IMG/VR virus record: IMGVR_UViG_3300017917_003766
Span: 1 to 64,000 of that record
Length of the DNA: 64,000 nucleotides
Direction: 5' to 3' (one strand)
From: a virus
The position numbers were made by a program, and so were the translations under genes. Under the pieces are notes generated by a model. That model was not told the origin of the DNA. It saw only the letters and a program-made list of their open reading frames with translations, and did no database searches. Within the stretch, counting starts at the first letter, position 1, and the number at the start of each line of letters is the position of its first letter. Below are positions 38,383 to 51,469 of this stretch, one piece after another.

Positions 38383-41031
38383 TTAACCTAACTGAAGTAA
38401 TTTTTGAACATTAATATCTGGAGATTTAGTTTTCATCTTTATTATAACATTATCAATTGATCCGCTTGAAAAATAATTGGGAAAATTATTTCTAACTATC
38501 AGTCTAAATCTTATATAGTTATTCATATAGTTATATATAACATTAAAAGATTGATTAATGGCTCTATTGAAGATCAAATTCCTACCATTTTGAAAGAACA
38601 GTACTTCTGATGTATTGTAAAAATCTGCTTTTTCAAAATTTCCATCTAGATAATTAGTAAGGTTAATTCCATATGTTCCATCTGCAAATTTTACGGTAAC
38701 TGGATTGTATCCAGCATATGCTGGTTCTGCTATAGTTCCATATGTACGACTATAGGTGGCGTTTTTTACTTTTGTTTTATCTACAAATGGATTATTCTTT
38801 AATAAAACTTTATTTTCTGAACCTGTTCTCCTAAAGAATTCGCCATCTTTACCGCCTTCTCCTGCGCCAAGTATTTTTACTGCATCAGAAAGAACAGATA
38901 TATCTATATATTGTTGAGAGTAGTTTTTTGTATCAAGATCATAACTTGCTACATATACAGAGCTCTTTTTAAAATTTGGAATTGTTACAGATTTATCAAA
39001 TTTATTTAAAATATACTGATCTGTCGACATGAGTTTTTGATTTTCATATACCCTCAAAGAGGTTGATTCTGGATAAAATCGAAGTTGAGCGGACAATGAA
39101 ACTGGATCAACAAAAAGCATTTCAGCCGAAACTGAACTTGAGTCATAAGATGCTATTGGTATCCAGTCTTTTTCCTCATTGGGACTCTCAACAAAGGCAA
39201 TAGACAACTCATAGGAGTTGGGCTGTTGTAGTTCAAACGATGTTGAATTATAACTTGAAGCATTTGTGTCAATATTGAGTTTTGCTTTTACTCCATACAC
39301 ATCGCCTGGAACTTGTATTCTAGAGCTTATAAACGATGCTTTTGATAATGATAAAGACTTGCTATTTGAGGTTATTCCATTTACTTTTCCAAACTGAATA
39401 TTTTTTATTGAAAAAGAATACTCATAATTGCTTAAAGAAGAAAAGTCATTATTATACAGTGGTGTTCTACCAAATTTACTACCTGGAATCAGCTGATCAG
39501 TTGAGTTATCAAAATTTTTGTAACCTAACATATTTGAATTATTTTTTATTGATGAAGGAGCACTGGATATTTCACCCAAACGAACATCGGTATAAGCAGA
39601 TCTTGTATCTTTAAATAAAGAATTTTTAAAGACATTCATTCTTGAACTTAAAGCCTGGGATACTATTCCCTGAACTAGCATCGTTAAAGGACTATTTTGA
39701 AAAATCTTATCCTGATCATCAACACTTGTAATGTTATTTTTTTCTTTATAAAATAAATTCTCAATTATTGATGGATGGTTTTTATCATAAACTGGGAATT
39801 TAGACGTGTAGTAATCTGAGTATGAATACTCGTTTCTCTTAAATTCGTCTATAGAAACATCTCTTCTGAAGTATTCTATAACAATATCTTGAAGAACGCT
39901 ATATTTATTTTTTCTAGTGGATCTTGATTTAGATATATATTCTGATATTGACCTGGATATTAACTCGTCAATTAATGGTAAATTATTGGACTTTGTATAT
40001 GTTGATTGATTAAATATTAGTATTATTTTTTTAACTTTATCTAAAGGTATATTTATATCAATAGTAGAATTAATCATAAGTGGTTGTTTTAAGATTTTCT
40101 TTATCTGATATCCAGAAACTGGATTGTTAGAATTGAGCGTAAATATCTTTTCTGCCGAATTAGCTGATTCTATAGCAACTTGAAGTAGTTGTAGGCCGTT
40201 ACTTTCTCCTGGAAAAATTCTTATAAAGTCCATTTCTGTTTCTTTGATTAAAGAAATTTCCATTATGGTTTTTGCACCAACTATGTATGAATGATCATAA
40301 TCTATATACTTAGATATTTCTTCTATTGAAGAAGTAATAACTACTGGGGACTTAATTGAAACACTCCATGTATCAGAGTCGTCTTCATTGAAGAGACTAC
40401 TCGCATCGTTTTGCGAAGACAGATACTGTTTATAATTTGATGTAATGTTAACTTCTTTTATATTGTCAACTACATTTATTATCTCAATCCCTGAACCAAT
40501 CTTAAATGTAGAAGAAACTGGATCGACATATCCGTTTCCATTATCCGAAAATGCTAATCCACCCCTGTCAACATATGAAACTTTTTGAGAATCATATTCA
40601 TTAGATTTAAGATTATTATCAAAATTTTCTATATAAGAGAAATTATAAAGGTCATCTTTTCCAGATATAAATTCATAGTTATTAATATAGTTTTCGTAGT
40701 AAGCAATTGCTTTTTCATTTTTTGCTATTTGCGACAACATTATTTCAGTCATTGAGTTTATTACTGTATTGATTGAGTTTGACGCATCAAAAAATCTAGA
40801 AAATCTTATTTCAAAGTCTCTAAAAAAATCTACAAAAAACTCTGATCTAATTAATTCTCTAGAAATAGATAATCTTGGGAGAAAAGTTGGACCAGAAGAA
40901 AAATTACTTAAATTTCTTACTAGCTCTGCGACTTGCGCTTTATCTACTTTTATATCCCTAATCAAAGAACCAACTGTTCTCTGAGAGTTTTCTGAAAATG
41001 TTTTTATTGTTTCAGGAAGAAAATTTAACAT
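38383..41031 (-). CDS. Putative virion structural protein
   Basis: 882-aa intact ORF. Confidence 0.6.
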   Translation of the reverse strand: MLNFLPETIKTFSENSQRTVGSLIRDIKVDKAQVAELVRNLSNFSSGPTFLPRLSISRELIRSEFFVDFFRDFEIRFSRFFDASNSINTVINSMTEIMLSQIAKNEKAIAYYENYINNYEFISGKDDLYNFSYIENFDNNLKSNEYDSQKVSYVDRGGLAFSDNGNGYVDPVSSTFKIGSGIEIINVVDNIKEVNITSNYKQYLSSQNDASSLFNEDDSDTWSVSIKSPVVITSSIEEISKYIDYDHSYIVGAKTIMEISLIKETEMDFIRIFPGESNGLQLLQVAIESANSAEKIFTLNSNNPVSGYQIKKILKQPLMINSTIDINIPLDKVKKIILIFNQSTYTKSNNLPLIDELISRSISEYISKSRSTRKNKYSVLQDIVIEYFRRDVSIDEFKRNEYSYSDYYTSKFPVYDKNHPSIIENLFYKEKNNITSVDDQDKIFQNSPLTMLVQGIVSQALSSRMNVFKNSLFKDTRSAYTDVRLGEISSAPSSIKNNSNMLGYKNFDNSTDQLIPGSKFGRTPLYNNDFSSLSNYEYSFSIKNIQFGKVNGITSNSKSLSLSKASFISSRIQVPGDVYGVKAKLNIDTNASSYNSTSFELQQPNSYELSIAFVESPNEEKDWIPIASYDSSSVSAEMLFVDPVSLSAQLRFYPESTSLRVYENQKLMSTDQYILNKFDKSVTIPNFKKSSVYVASYDLDTKNYSQQYIDISVLSDAVKILGAGEGGKDGEFFRRTGSENKVLLKNNPFVDKTKVKNATYSRTYGTIAEPAYAGYNPVTVKFADGTYGINLTNYLDGNFEKADFYNTSEVLFFQNGRNLIFNRAINQSFNVIYNYMNNYIRFRLIVRNNFPNYFSSGSIDNVIIKMKTKSPDINVQKLLQLG

Positions 41032-41034
41032 ATC

Positions 41035-44000
41035 TTATATACTACCCCAGTCATTACCTTCCATATCCTGTATTTTAAATACAACACCGGCAGTAATGTT
41101 TTTTCTTATTATTGAATATACATCTTGTTTATTCATAAAGTTATCTAGTACAGTCCTTGGAATCTTTATAATAACAAATCCACCTTTTGGATAGGCTTGT
41201 TGATCTGGAGGATATACATCCCAAAATGACATTGCCTCTTTTGCTTCTTTAAAAACCTTTTCTATATCCAAAGATCCATAAGATTCTACATTAATAGACT
41301 TATCAAACGTTGACTTGATGCCGCCACCTTTAATTCTTAAATCTATTAAATCAATTCCAGATTCTGGAGTATTTTTTAGAACATGTATTAATCCTATTTG
41401 TATTGCAAGTGGATCATAATTAATACTATCATATGGATTAAATATATCATTATTATAAGTAAAGTGCACTACTCCACTAAATTCATACTCGCCTACGTGA
41501 TCCCATGAATAAATATTTTCGCTAGAATAGTTTTTAACTTCTACTTTAGATGGTTTAATATAAATATAAAGAGGTTTTTCTGGTTCAATAGAATCTTGAT
41601 TCAAGAATGGATTGATTGGAATCGGAACTCCATTTACGTGTTTTATTGGTATACCACTAGCTTTCACAGCGTAAGAAACTCTTGTTAAGTTTGGATTCTG
41701 ATCTAAGTCTTTCAATAGGTCAACTATTCCAGTATCGCAATTTATGTTTCTTATATATGATGAATCCAAAACTTCCCAATCACTAGATTCATCTTTCCTA
41801 ATTTCAATAAATATATACTGTTTTAAAATGCCTATTTTATTTACAGAGGGTTCAACATATGATGCTATTGGTACTTGTGAAAGTTGTATCTTTCTTGAAG
41901 AAAGAAAATTCGGATACTCATTAAGTACATCTACGTATGGCTGCCCAAGTATTTGTGACCACAAAACATTATCTATATCTAACGTAGAATAAGTTGCTCT
42001 TAGTATTTTATTATTATAGTTCTGAAGCCAACCAACCGAACCAAATTCTGGATCAATATATGTTTCTTTTACGAATGATCCAGACGTGATATACAGTGGC
42101 CATTGATCAAACTTAGACAGATTAGGTGGAATAGAAGAAAGAGATATTCTTGAAGACGGTATATATGTTGCGTGATATATAGGGCATGCTATTTTAACTG
42201 GAGCACTGGGTGGAGTAATGGTTGAAGTTGTTTTTGCGCCCAAGAAATCTGATCCGCCAACATTACCATCGGCATCCACTGCCAAAACACCAATGTAAAT
42301 ATTTTCCGGTCCTCTTGATATATAATCTATATAGTAAAGCGTTTTACCAAGAAATTCTTTAGCGGAAACATCATAGAAGCCATAAATAACACCACCGTTA
42401 TCTGCAATTTCGTTTTGCAGTACAAAGGCACCGTAGTCAATATTAAATTCAGAATTTGTTGAAGAATTACTTACAAAAGATTGTAAGTCTATACCATATG
42501 GTTTACCAAGTTTATCTGCAGCCGATGATGGCTGGCACAAAAGTAGCAAACCGTCTAAGGCGGTAACTGAATTTTTTGTTTTCTGGATGACTGATCCATC
42601 AGCCTTTAGTAGCCAATAGTTATTAAGAACAGTTGTGTCGCTTTTTGTAACATTTGAATTTTGATATATTAAAGATGAGGTCTCAAAAAATAACTTGTTT
42701 CCACTTTCTGATATATTTATAGATGAAGAGCTTATTGGATTTTTTGTTGCAGAAACAACATTGGAAACAGAAAGTGTTGATGGATTTATAGAAATAGTTT
42801 TTGCTGAAGTTAAATCGATTGTAATGGACTCGTCCTTGTATGTTGGTGTTGCGCCTGCGGTCAAATCGCTAAATCTTGAAAATGGTGGACTGTATGCCGT
42901 AGAGCTGAAATCAATTTTTGTAGTCGTTAAATCGATGGTAGATGTTCCAGAGAATGTTGGATATACGATAGACAATGGCTCTGTGGTAAACTTAACTGAT
43001 TTTACGCCACTTAAATCTATTATTTCTGCTTTGTTTGGAGATATGTTTTCTATCTTTCCGAGATATTCTATATTTAATAATAGCTGGTTTTGTCATTGAA
43101 ATTAAATTATAACCAGTTTGTTCTGGGGAAAGGATCGCTTTATCCTGCCATTGTTTAAAAGCGTCTTTTGTTTTTCCTTTAAATGAAATATTAAAAGTAA
43201 TTTTATTAATTGCGTATCCTTCCGCAAAAGACCCAAAACTGCCACCAAGAAGACTTCCTTTTAGCCTTAGAGAAACAACACCGCAATCAGCAAGGGGTTT
43301 TTTAATATCCATCTTTATTGTTGATAAAGAATAAGCTGTAGTCGATTTTATCAGCTGCGATTTTGCGTAGTTCATAGAATTGGTTGCGGAATCGTAGGCG
43401 TAAGACTTTGCTTCAATTATGCTTATTCCCTTATAGCTAGCAGACTTTGCAAAACGTCCGACTTCTATAGATATACTGTTAACCATTACATCTTTAATTC
43501 TTGTTGCATCCCTGTATATTTCTGGAATAGCAACATAAATAGTATCTACGATTTGACTAGGTCCAGAGGTGCCAGTGTATGTAATTTTTTGAAAACTTAG
43601 ATCAGTATTTACAAGCTCCCATATTTCTACAGCAGTAGCTGCATTTTGAATATATGGAATGACATCCTTGTTTGAGCCCCCCTGTATTCTTTCTATAACG
43701 GCATTGTATCTAGCCGAATCGGTCTGCAGCATTTTTTTCCAAACTTCTCTAGCAAATAGAGACTTTGTTTCGCTGTCAATTATTCCATCTTTTAGTCTGG
43801 CTTTATATTCTTGTTGGAATTTTATAACGGCACTTTTTGTTGCTTGATCGAATGATCTATTAAGCGGACATTCAAGCAGTGAGCTATTGGTTAATTTTGC
43901 TTCTCTTAAAGTTATCTGTATATATGCTATATACGCCGATAACATTCCGTGAAGCTCCCATTTGATAGTTCCTCGAAACATTACCCAATTGTATATCTCT

Positions 44001-46759
44001 TGTGTATATATAGTGATTTCTTGAACCAGATGATTCAACCTTGTTTAGTCTATAATCTCCGTTTAATCTATCATCAGCTAAGGCATATATTTCAGTCTGC
44101 TTTGGTGGCACTTCTGTTTCAATAGTTTGAAGAGTTGACCACTCTTCTGCAATATCGCTAACAAGCACGCTTTCTGTTCCTATTTGCTGTGGTTGTATCT
44201 TATAAAATTCTTGTCTTGACAGCTTAGCATCATATGTTGCGGTTATTTCAGCAGACCAGTTTGCGCTAAAAGTTGTTGGAGATTCATTGGATTGCACATA
44301 TGAATTAAATATTGAAAATTTAAATGGATATGATTGATATATATTTCTTGATGATATTTTTGATGACAAGTTATCTTGCGTTGATTGAGAACTCTTATAC
44401 ACCCTGTCCCTTATTATGTACGCACCAAAACCGCCTGGTACAACAAATTTTGCAGATGGAGAATTCGTGTACGCATATATTGGAGCTTGAATTGATCCAA
44501 AATCTAACTTAAATAATGAATATGAAGTTGGTATTTCTGAATCGCTTGCTCTTGTAGCATTTGATATTAAGACATCAGGATTTGTTAATTCAACATAAAA
44601 CTCTGAATTAGTTGTATCTATTTCCTGTAGACTAATTGAATATTGATCTGACAAATAATCATAAATAGATTTTTTATAAAAGTCTAATGCGGATGTGTTT
44701 TTTCCTGTTATGCTTTTTGCATAATTTAATTTGTTGTCTAGGTCTTTTACCAGTGTATAGGCAGAAGTTTTTTCTTCATCCAATAATACGTTTTGGTTAA
44801 TCACATAAGAGCTATTCCAATTTGAAACGTGATAATACGACGATGCTCTAACGTCTTTTACTTTGCCAGAAAATATTCTAGACGTAAGAGCAACCGACAC
44901 TGCGTTATACAGAAGTTTCATTGGTCCGCTCTATAGATGACGTAGATTGAAATGGTTCCTGGAGCGCTGATGTGGATCCGCTGTTGGCTATTGCATTATC
45001 AAACAGAGCAGACGGTTGATATATATCGTTACAGTATTTAAGAGTTGGAGCGGTCATCGCCAATAAATTACCTTTGACTAGAGCATCTGCTGTTTTTGTA
45101 TAACCAAAACCAACAAATATTGGTTTTCCTCTAGAGTTTTTTAAGATAATATTTTGGCTTGCAAGTGAACCTGTAAACTCTTTGACCATTTTATAGCTGA
45201 ATAGTCCAAGAGTCAAAGTGCCAATGTTGTTCCTGCCAAATAGTGAATATATATTATATTTAATACCATCCAATGTAACATCTTCAAACACTGAATTACT
45301 CAATGGCCAAGCTCCATTTTTATTTTCATCCAAGAAAAGATTATCTGTATTATACGTCCACGAATCTAAATCATATGTATCGGATGATAGAACGAGGGCA
45401 GGATCAATGTTTTCTGCCCCAGAAGATTGAGAAAGATCTAATACAATAGTGCCTTGTGTGTTTTCAATAAAATATTTTATTTTTTGACCCTGCTGTATAG
45501 TTATTGCCGAGCTTGGAGACCACGCCAATATATCAAAAAGTGCTAAATCAGAGTTAGAAACTTCGTCAATTGATACAAGCCAATATTGAGCTGATGTATT
45601 TACTCCAGATCCTATTGGATTGACATATGTATACTTGGACAAGTTAAACGGAGACTGCTGCAGCCTGTAAAATATATATGGATTTGCTGAAGCGTAGTTA
45701 TTAGATGAAACCATCTGATCTTTTTGGGTTGTTGTGCATAAAACTGCACAGTTAACTACTTTTTGTTTTAGGTTAGATTCAGAATCTACTTCTTCTTGAT
45801 CATTAACGGAAGAAACGTCTACCCTTTTTAATACTTTAGTAATCAATCTCCAGTTAAAGGTTTCATATGTTCTGTTGTCGGCGATAGCTTTTTTGGGTAC
45901 TACTATTTCAAATCCGTCTGCTGAAGAACTGTTGTTTATAATATTATTTTTAAAACTAACAGATTTTTTAGAAAATATTTTTTTATTTCTAACGGAATTG
46001 TCTACAGCAAATGACTCTTCTAAAACCTTATTGAACAAAGCAACGCTGTTTATATTTTCCTTATACTGCGGCACAACTGAAGTAATTGATTCGCCAGAAG
46101 ATAGACTAACCTTATCGTATACCAACTGAAGATTTCTTGGATGCGGATCTGCAAATAAGACAACTATTTTAAATGGCCTATTTGATCTTTCAGCGTAAAC
46201 TTCTTGATCTATTTGATCTAAAAGAATTCTATATTTTCTTAATCCAGTGTTTGGATCAAGATACTCTTGATTATTTTCATCTACTACTTTTATCGATTTT
46301 GGAATTTTGTTTTCTTCTATAAATGAGTTTAGATCATCAATCAAAAAAGAATCCGTTGGTAGCATCGTATAGTATTTAGAAATATAATATGAATGAACAA
46401 ACATTCTGTTTTTAATTTCCTGGGCAGTGTACCTAGTATCGAGTGTTGGATGGTTTATGAATAAATCAGAAATACTAATGTCATCAGAATCAAATACTGT
46501 ATTTCCATTTTCATCTTCTAAGATACCTAGTTCATTGGCGTAAACTAGCTTACTTTTTGATTCTCCGTGGACTGGCATTTATTTCTGTAGAGTAGGAATT
46601 TTCTGGAATAAAACCAGATAAATCGGTTACTGACAGATTATTAGCCGGACTTATCGGCTTTGAGGAAAACCAAGCTAAACCAGCTGACTTATCATCAATT
46701 GGAAGTTTGTTTACTTTTTTAAAAGTAATTCCAGTTTCTAAGTTTAGCGGTTTAACCAT
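41035..46759 (-). CDS. Giant virion protein, 1906 aa, four +1 shifts (CGG 46567, 44928, 43949, 43060), with peptidoglycan-binding-like segment
   Basis: Five ORF pieces join at CGGA; FDQATKSAVIKFQ...DGIID. Confidence 0.75.
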
Positions 46760-46764
46760 TGATA

Positions 46765-49700
46765 TTATTTATCCTTTTTTAAATTAATATATTCAGATAT
46801 GAAATATGGAGTAGATCCCAAAAAGCCAGCTTGATACTGCTCGTATCTAGAGATCGGCAGCCATGTTGGTGGCGTCCAATCTGGAGTGGAACCAGAGGAA
46901 ACAACCAACTGATCATTATAGTAACTGGTTATAAACCTAGGAGTTGAGTATGTATCTATTGATTCTTCTGGATTAAAGTTAATAACATCAACCATTTTAA
47001 TATCCTGTATATAATTAATATCTATATTATCATAAGATTCATGCCAGTAACCTATGTCGCCAGCCACTGGCGTAGCGTCAGATGAGTACGTTTTATTAAA
47101 GTCCGACTCAACAACCACATACCAATAACCAGGCTGAGTCCTATCCATGCTTACAATCGGACCTATTGAGAATCTTCCATTATTATCAGAAAAGACTATA
47201 CCAGAATTACCAGAAAAACTGGCGGAAGATGAATAATCCTGATTCTCTATCGCTGCATATGGAGTTCTTCCTTTTCTCCAGTAAATAACTACATCTTTTT
47301 GTGGAGTGTTATTTTTTGATGCTATTCCATCAACAAACACTGAAGACACGCCGTCTGCTTTTACCGTTGATGGATCGACGGCTATCGAAATTGAATAATC
47401 CTGTTTATATCTAGAGTGAATTGTGTAAGAATAGCTCTTACTAAAACTAGAATTTTCTGAACCAGAACCAACTACTGTTATTGAATCTTTTAATGTTGAG
47501 TTTACAGGTGTAGACTGTGAATACACCGCTTTTGTTATTGCATATCCATCAGCATTAGTGGTGACTGTTGATGGCTGAATGTTTAAATAGCCGCTTGATA
47601 TAGAAAATTCTTGATATGGTTTTGGGTTTCCATTAATATCTAATGACACTATTGATATGGTTATATAATCTTTTCCGTCATCCATTATATTATACGGAGA
47701 TATTTTTACATCAGCGGTATCAAATGCGTATTCGCTGGCGGAAGCAATGACGTATCCTTTTTCTAGTAGCGAATCTGTTTCCCCAAGAGTTATTCCTATT
47801 GGAGTTGTGTGTTCGTAATTAGCTATTTCATAAACAATTTCGTAAAGAAGTGGTGTACTCGGTGTAGCATCAAAGACGATCTTAGAATAGTAGTTTGATC
47901 CAGAAAGAATACTGTCTATATAGTATGAATTTCTTACTCTATACTTTATAGTATAGTTTCTATCTTGATTAAAAATTGGCGTAGAACTCTGAATAGAAAT
48001 AACATTATTAGATGAGTCTAATTCAGAATAGAGAGTTACGCCAGTAACCCCATCCACAATTGATACATCATATACATCAGAATATGACAGGTAAAAAGAA
48101 TCTTCAAAAGATGGTTTTATACTTTCTGTATTATAAAAATCAAGTTGTCTTGGAGTAGCTGGATCTTCAAATGCTGTTTCTTTAAACAGCACATACGGCG
48201 TCGATTCATTCTGCTTTCTTGCGTTTACGTATACTGGTGCACCAGCTTGAGGAACTTCTGATAATGTAATTTCTTTCAATTTACCAGTAAATGTTTCCTT
48301 TTTTGGTAACGCATAAACATAGTATTCTTTTTTATCTAAGTGCATCCACCCAGTATTGATTCTTGCTTCTAGCTTGGCATCATAGAGCCTTCCTCTTGCA
48401 ATAAAATTATTAAATACAGTAGTATTTCTATCTAAATCATATTTTTCAACTATTGCATTTGAAGGATAGTTTATTCTCTTTGTATTATACAAAGAATTTT
48501 CAAGTATGTCATTTATACTATTGGGTTTTAGTACATAATTTTTATTAAGGAATGGATTAACTATTTTTTGTTCTGACCATATCAAAACATTAATATCTTC
48601 TGGATCAACTATAGTGATGTTTTCAAAAAAGTATTCAAACTTTGAAGACCCAGATATCCCAAATGTTTCTCTGGTTATTTCTGGAACTATTATAACATCT
48701 TGATTTTTGCTTGGTACAAATTCACCATTTTCTTTTTTATATCCCACATATCCATATTCATCTATATAGCCAGTAATAGGAGTTGACATTAGTGTAAATG
48801 GCTCCCAGTTAACTAATGTTCTTGGATAAATTTCTCCATTTTCAAGTCCAATTTTTATCAAAGAAGGAGTGCTTGAGTAGGGATATGAAATCTCCGAGAA
48901 ATAAGTATTTGCTGTTGCGGAATTAGAATATGTTTTAAAAACTATATTTGGAGAAGATGGAACAAATACAGTGTTTTTTATTGCTGGATCATAGACAACG
49001 CCACCATAGCCCAAATAGGGAGATGATCCTACACCATATCCAAGCGCAGCGGTGTCTTGTGGTTTTATATTTTTTATATTTATACTTCCAGGTGTCGCAC
49101 CAACTGGATAAATTATATTTTTTACAATTGCATTTTGATCTATTTCATAATCTACCGCTGGAGAAGATGAATTTGAGTTAAGAAGTATTTTCCTACTATT
49201 TAATGAAGTTTCTTTTGTTTTTGTTTGTAGTGACCACAATTTAGATGTTGCCTCTACCGTTACAGTGGATACAAGATTTGGAGTGGCAGATATAGCTGGA
49301 GTAGATGATCCGTAATTCAATACATTATTTGGACGATTTGAAAATCTAATAACAAAATCATCAGACTGAGGTGGCGTTGCGTATTCTGTTCCATTCCATG
49401 CTCCAAGTCGAAGAATCAAATTTAATATATGATTAAGATTTAATTGAGAAATATTTACATTATTTACTTTATTCAGATATCTCTTTAATGTATTTTTTTC
49501 TCTTATGATTAAATCACTAGAAGTAAATCCTTCTGTATTAAAAATATTATAAGAATTCCATTCATAGATATTTTTATTGGTTCCGTTCCTCTGTTCTATT
49601 ATTCTTTGGATAAATTAATTCTGAGGCATAAAAGACAGTTGGTGTCGCATAGTTACCATGTGGTGTTGCATGAAATTCCAAAGTGTAGTTTATGGTAGCT

Positions 49701-51459
49701 GGAGGATTATCATATTCTTTTATTGTATAATCTGAGTTGTATGTATAGCCAATGTTTACTGGGTAATAACCTGGCGTTGATCCAATGATTTTTCTTCCTG
49801 TTGCTACCAACTCTGTTTCAAAGTAAACTGGTGTAGCGTCTGTTTGCCTAATCGAAAGACGGAGATCATCCTGATCACCTATACCTGGTTGATAGTATGG
49901 GGTATCTATATCATCATCATAGTATCTAGCAGAAAGTCTACCAACTCCATCTTGCTGTAAACCAGCATAATCCCATATGGCTTCATCAAACTTAAAGTAT
50001 CCCCAGTTATTTGGATAGTTTATATTAAGTTCTTCTACAAGTTCTACAAATTTATTTGTTGGATTACCATCTGGATCAAAATATGGTGTTGAGCTAATGA
50101 TGTCATTTATTTCTAGAACTTCTGGTGTTGCACCAGCGTAATTTGCATCTGGTGTTGCACCAAAAGCTTTCCATAAATTAAGCTCTCTTCTCAATGTCTT
50201 TTTGAATGATTCTTTATCGGTTCCTATTGGATTCTTAAACGCATCTAAAATTCTTTCTTTAAACGAATCGTTTTCTTCAAGATACAATCTCGTTACACCA
50301 ACTCTCAAGCCAAGCTCGTCAAACCAGTTAAATTTTTGAACTGGTATTTGGTTTAGGTTAACTAAACCTGTGTTTTCATTTTTTGCCTGTAATACATAGT
50401 ATTTCTGAAGAGTAAGTATTTCTCTATTAATTGGATTGTGATAAAAAACATAGTCAGTTTTTTTTGAATTAAAAAAGTCTACAATGTTATCAACTCTTGC
50501 TAATTCAATCTGATTCCCTAAAATCCTGTGAAATGTTGTATTTACATTTGTTGAAGAATATACCCAAGAAATTTGGTCTACATTTGCTCTATCAACAAAA
50601 GAATTAATTCTTAATAAATCTAATTCTCTATCAAAACCATCAAGATGTTCACCCACTAAAGCATTGACAAATTTTCCAGCTGTTGTTTGTGGAATAAATA
50701 AATCTGGTGTTGCTTGATTAAAAGAATCTTTATATAAAGACATCCATGACGGAAATTTTTTCAATATATTTTTTGCTGACTGAGAAAGAACTGGAGAAAC
50801 TGGATCTGCTATTGCGACTTCTACAAGAAGAACAAAACTAAGAACACCAAGATCAGTTAATTCTGTATCTATAGCTACTTCAAATTTTGCGTATCTTTTT
50901 GTATCTTTCGATAATAAAATTGAAGCTAAAGCTGTAGACTCTGAAGAACTTGACAAAAAGAATGGACCGATCTACACTATCAGACTCATATACGTTAAAC
51001 GTAAATGTTATATTTTCAATACTATTTAATGATGACGAAAATGCACCCTTAAATGTTCTTATATCTACTCTAGAAGATGTGTCTACAAATCTGGTTAAAT
51101 TTGCTATATAACCATCAGGTGTAAAAATTGGCGTAGACGGTATATCGGGATCAAAAACAAAATTTCCATCTTCAATAGAATCATAATTAAATACATAAAA
51201 CTGACCAGAATTAGAATCCTGTACTATCTCTCCGATAATTTGTTACTTGATAGGCACCAGGTACTGTTGGTGTAGCATCGGATAAAACTTGAGTTCCAGT
51301 AAAAGTGAAATCAGATAAAGAGTTTAATCCAGTTGTAGATCTAGTATAAGAGTAATTTGTATAGTACTTATTTGTGTATAGGTCAATAGGTTCAGTACTC
51401 CAGACTTTTCCATCTTTAGAAAAATCTGAAGTAACGAAACTAAGCAAATAAGTTTTCAT
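46765..51459 (-). CDS. Giant baseplate/tail protein, 1563 aa, three +1 shifts (CGG 51234, 50969, 49585)
   Basis: Pieces join across unannotated gaps; FDELGLRVGVTRLYLEENDSFKERI; Ig-like C-terminal segments. Confidence 0.75.
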
Positions 51460-51469
51460 TTATAAGCTC

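Noticed and set aside
43850-44010. AGA at positions where Gly might be expected (LNRSFD, YTRDI)
   Set aside because: AGA encodes conserved Arg elsewhere; two weak cases do not support reassignment.
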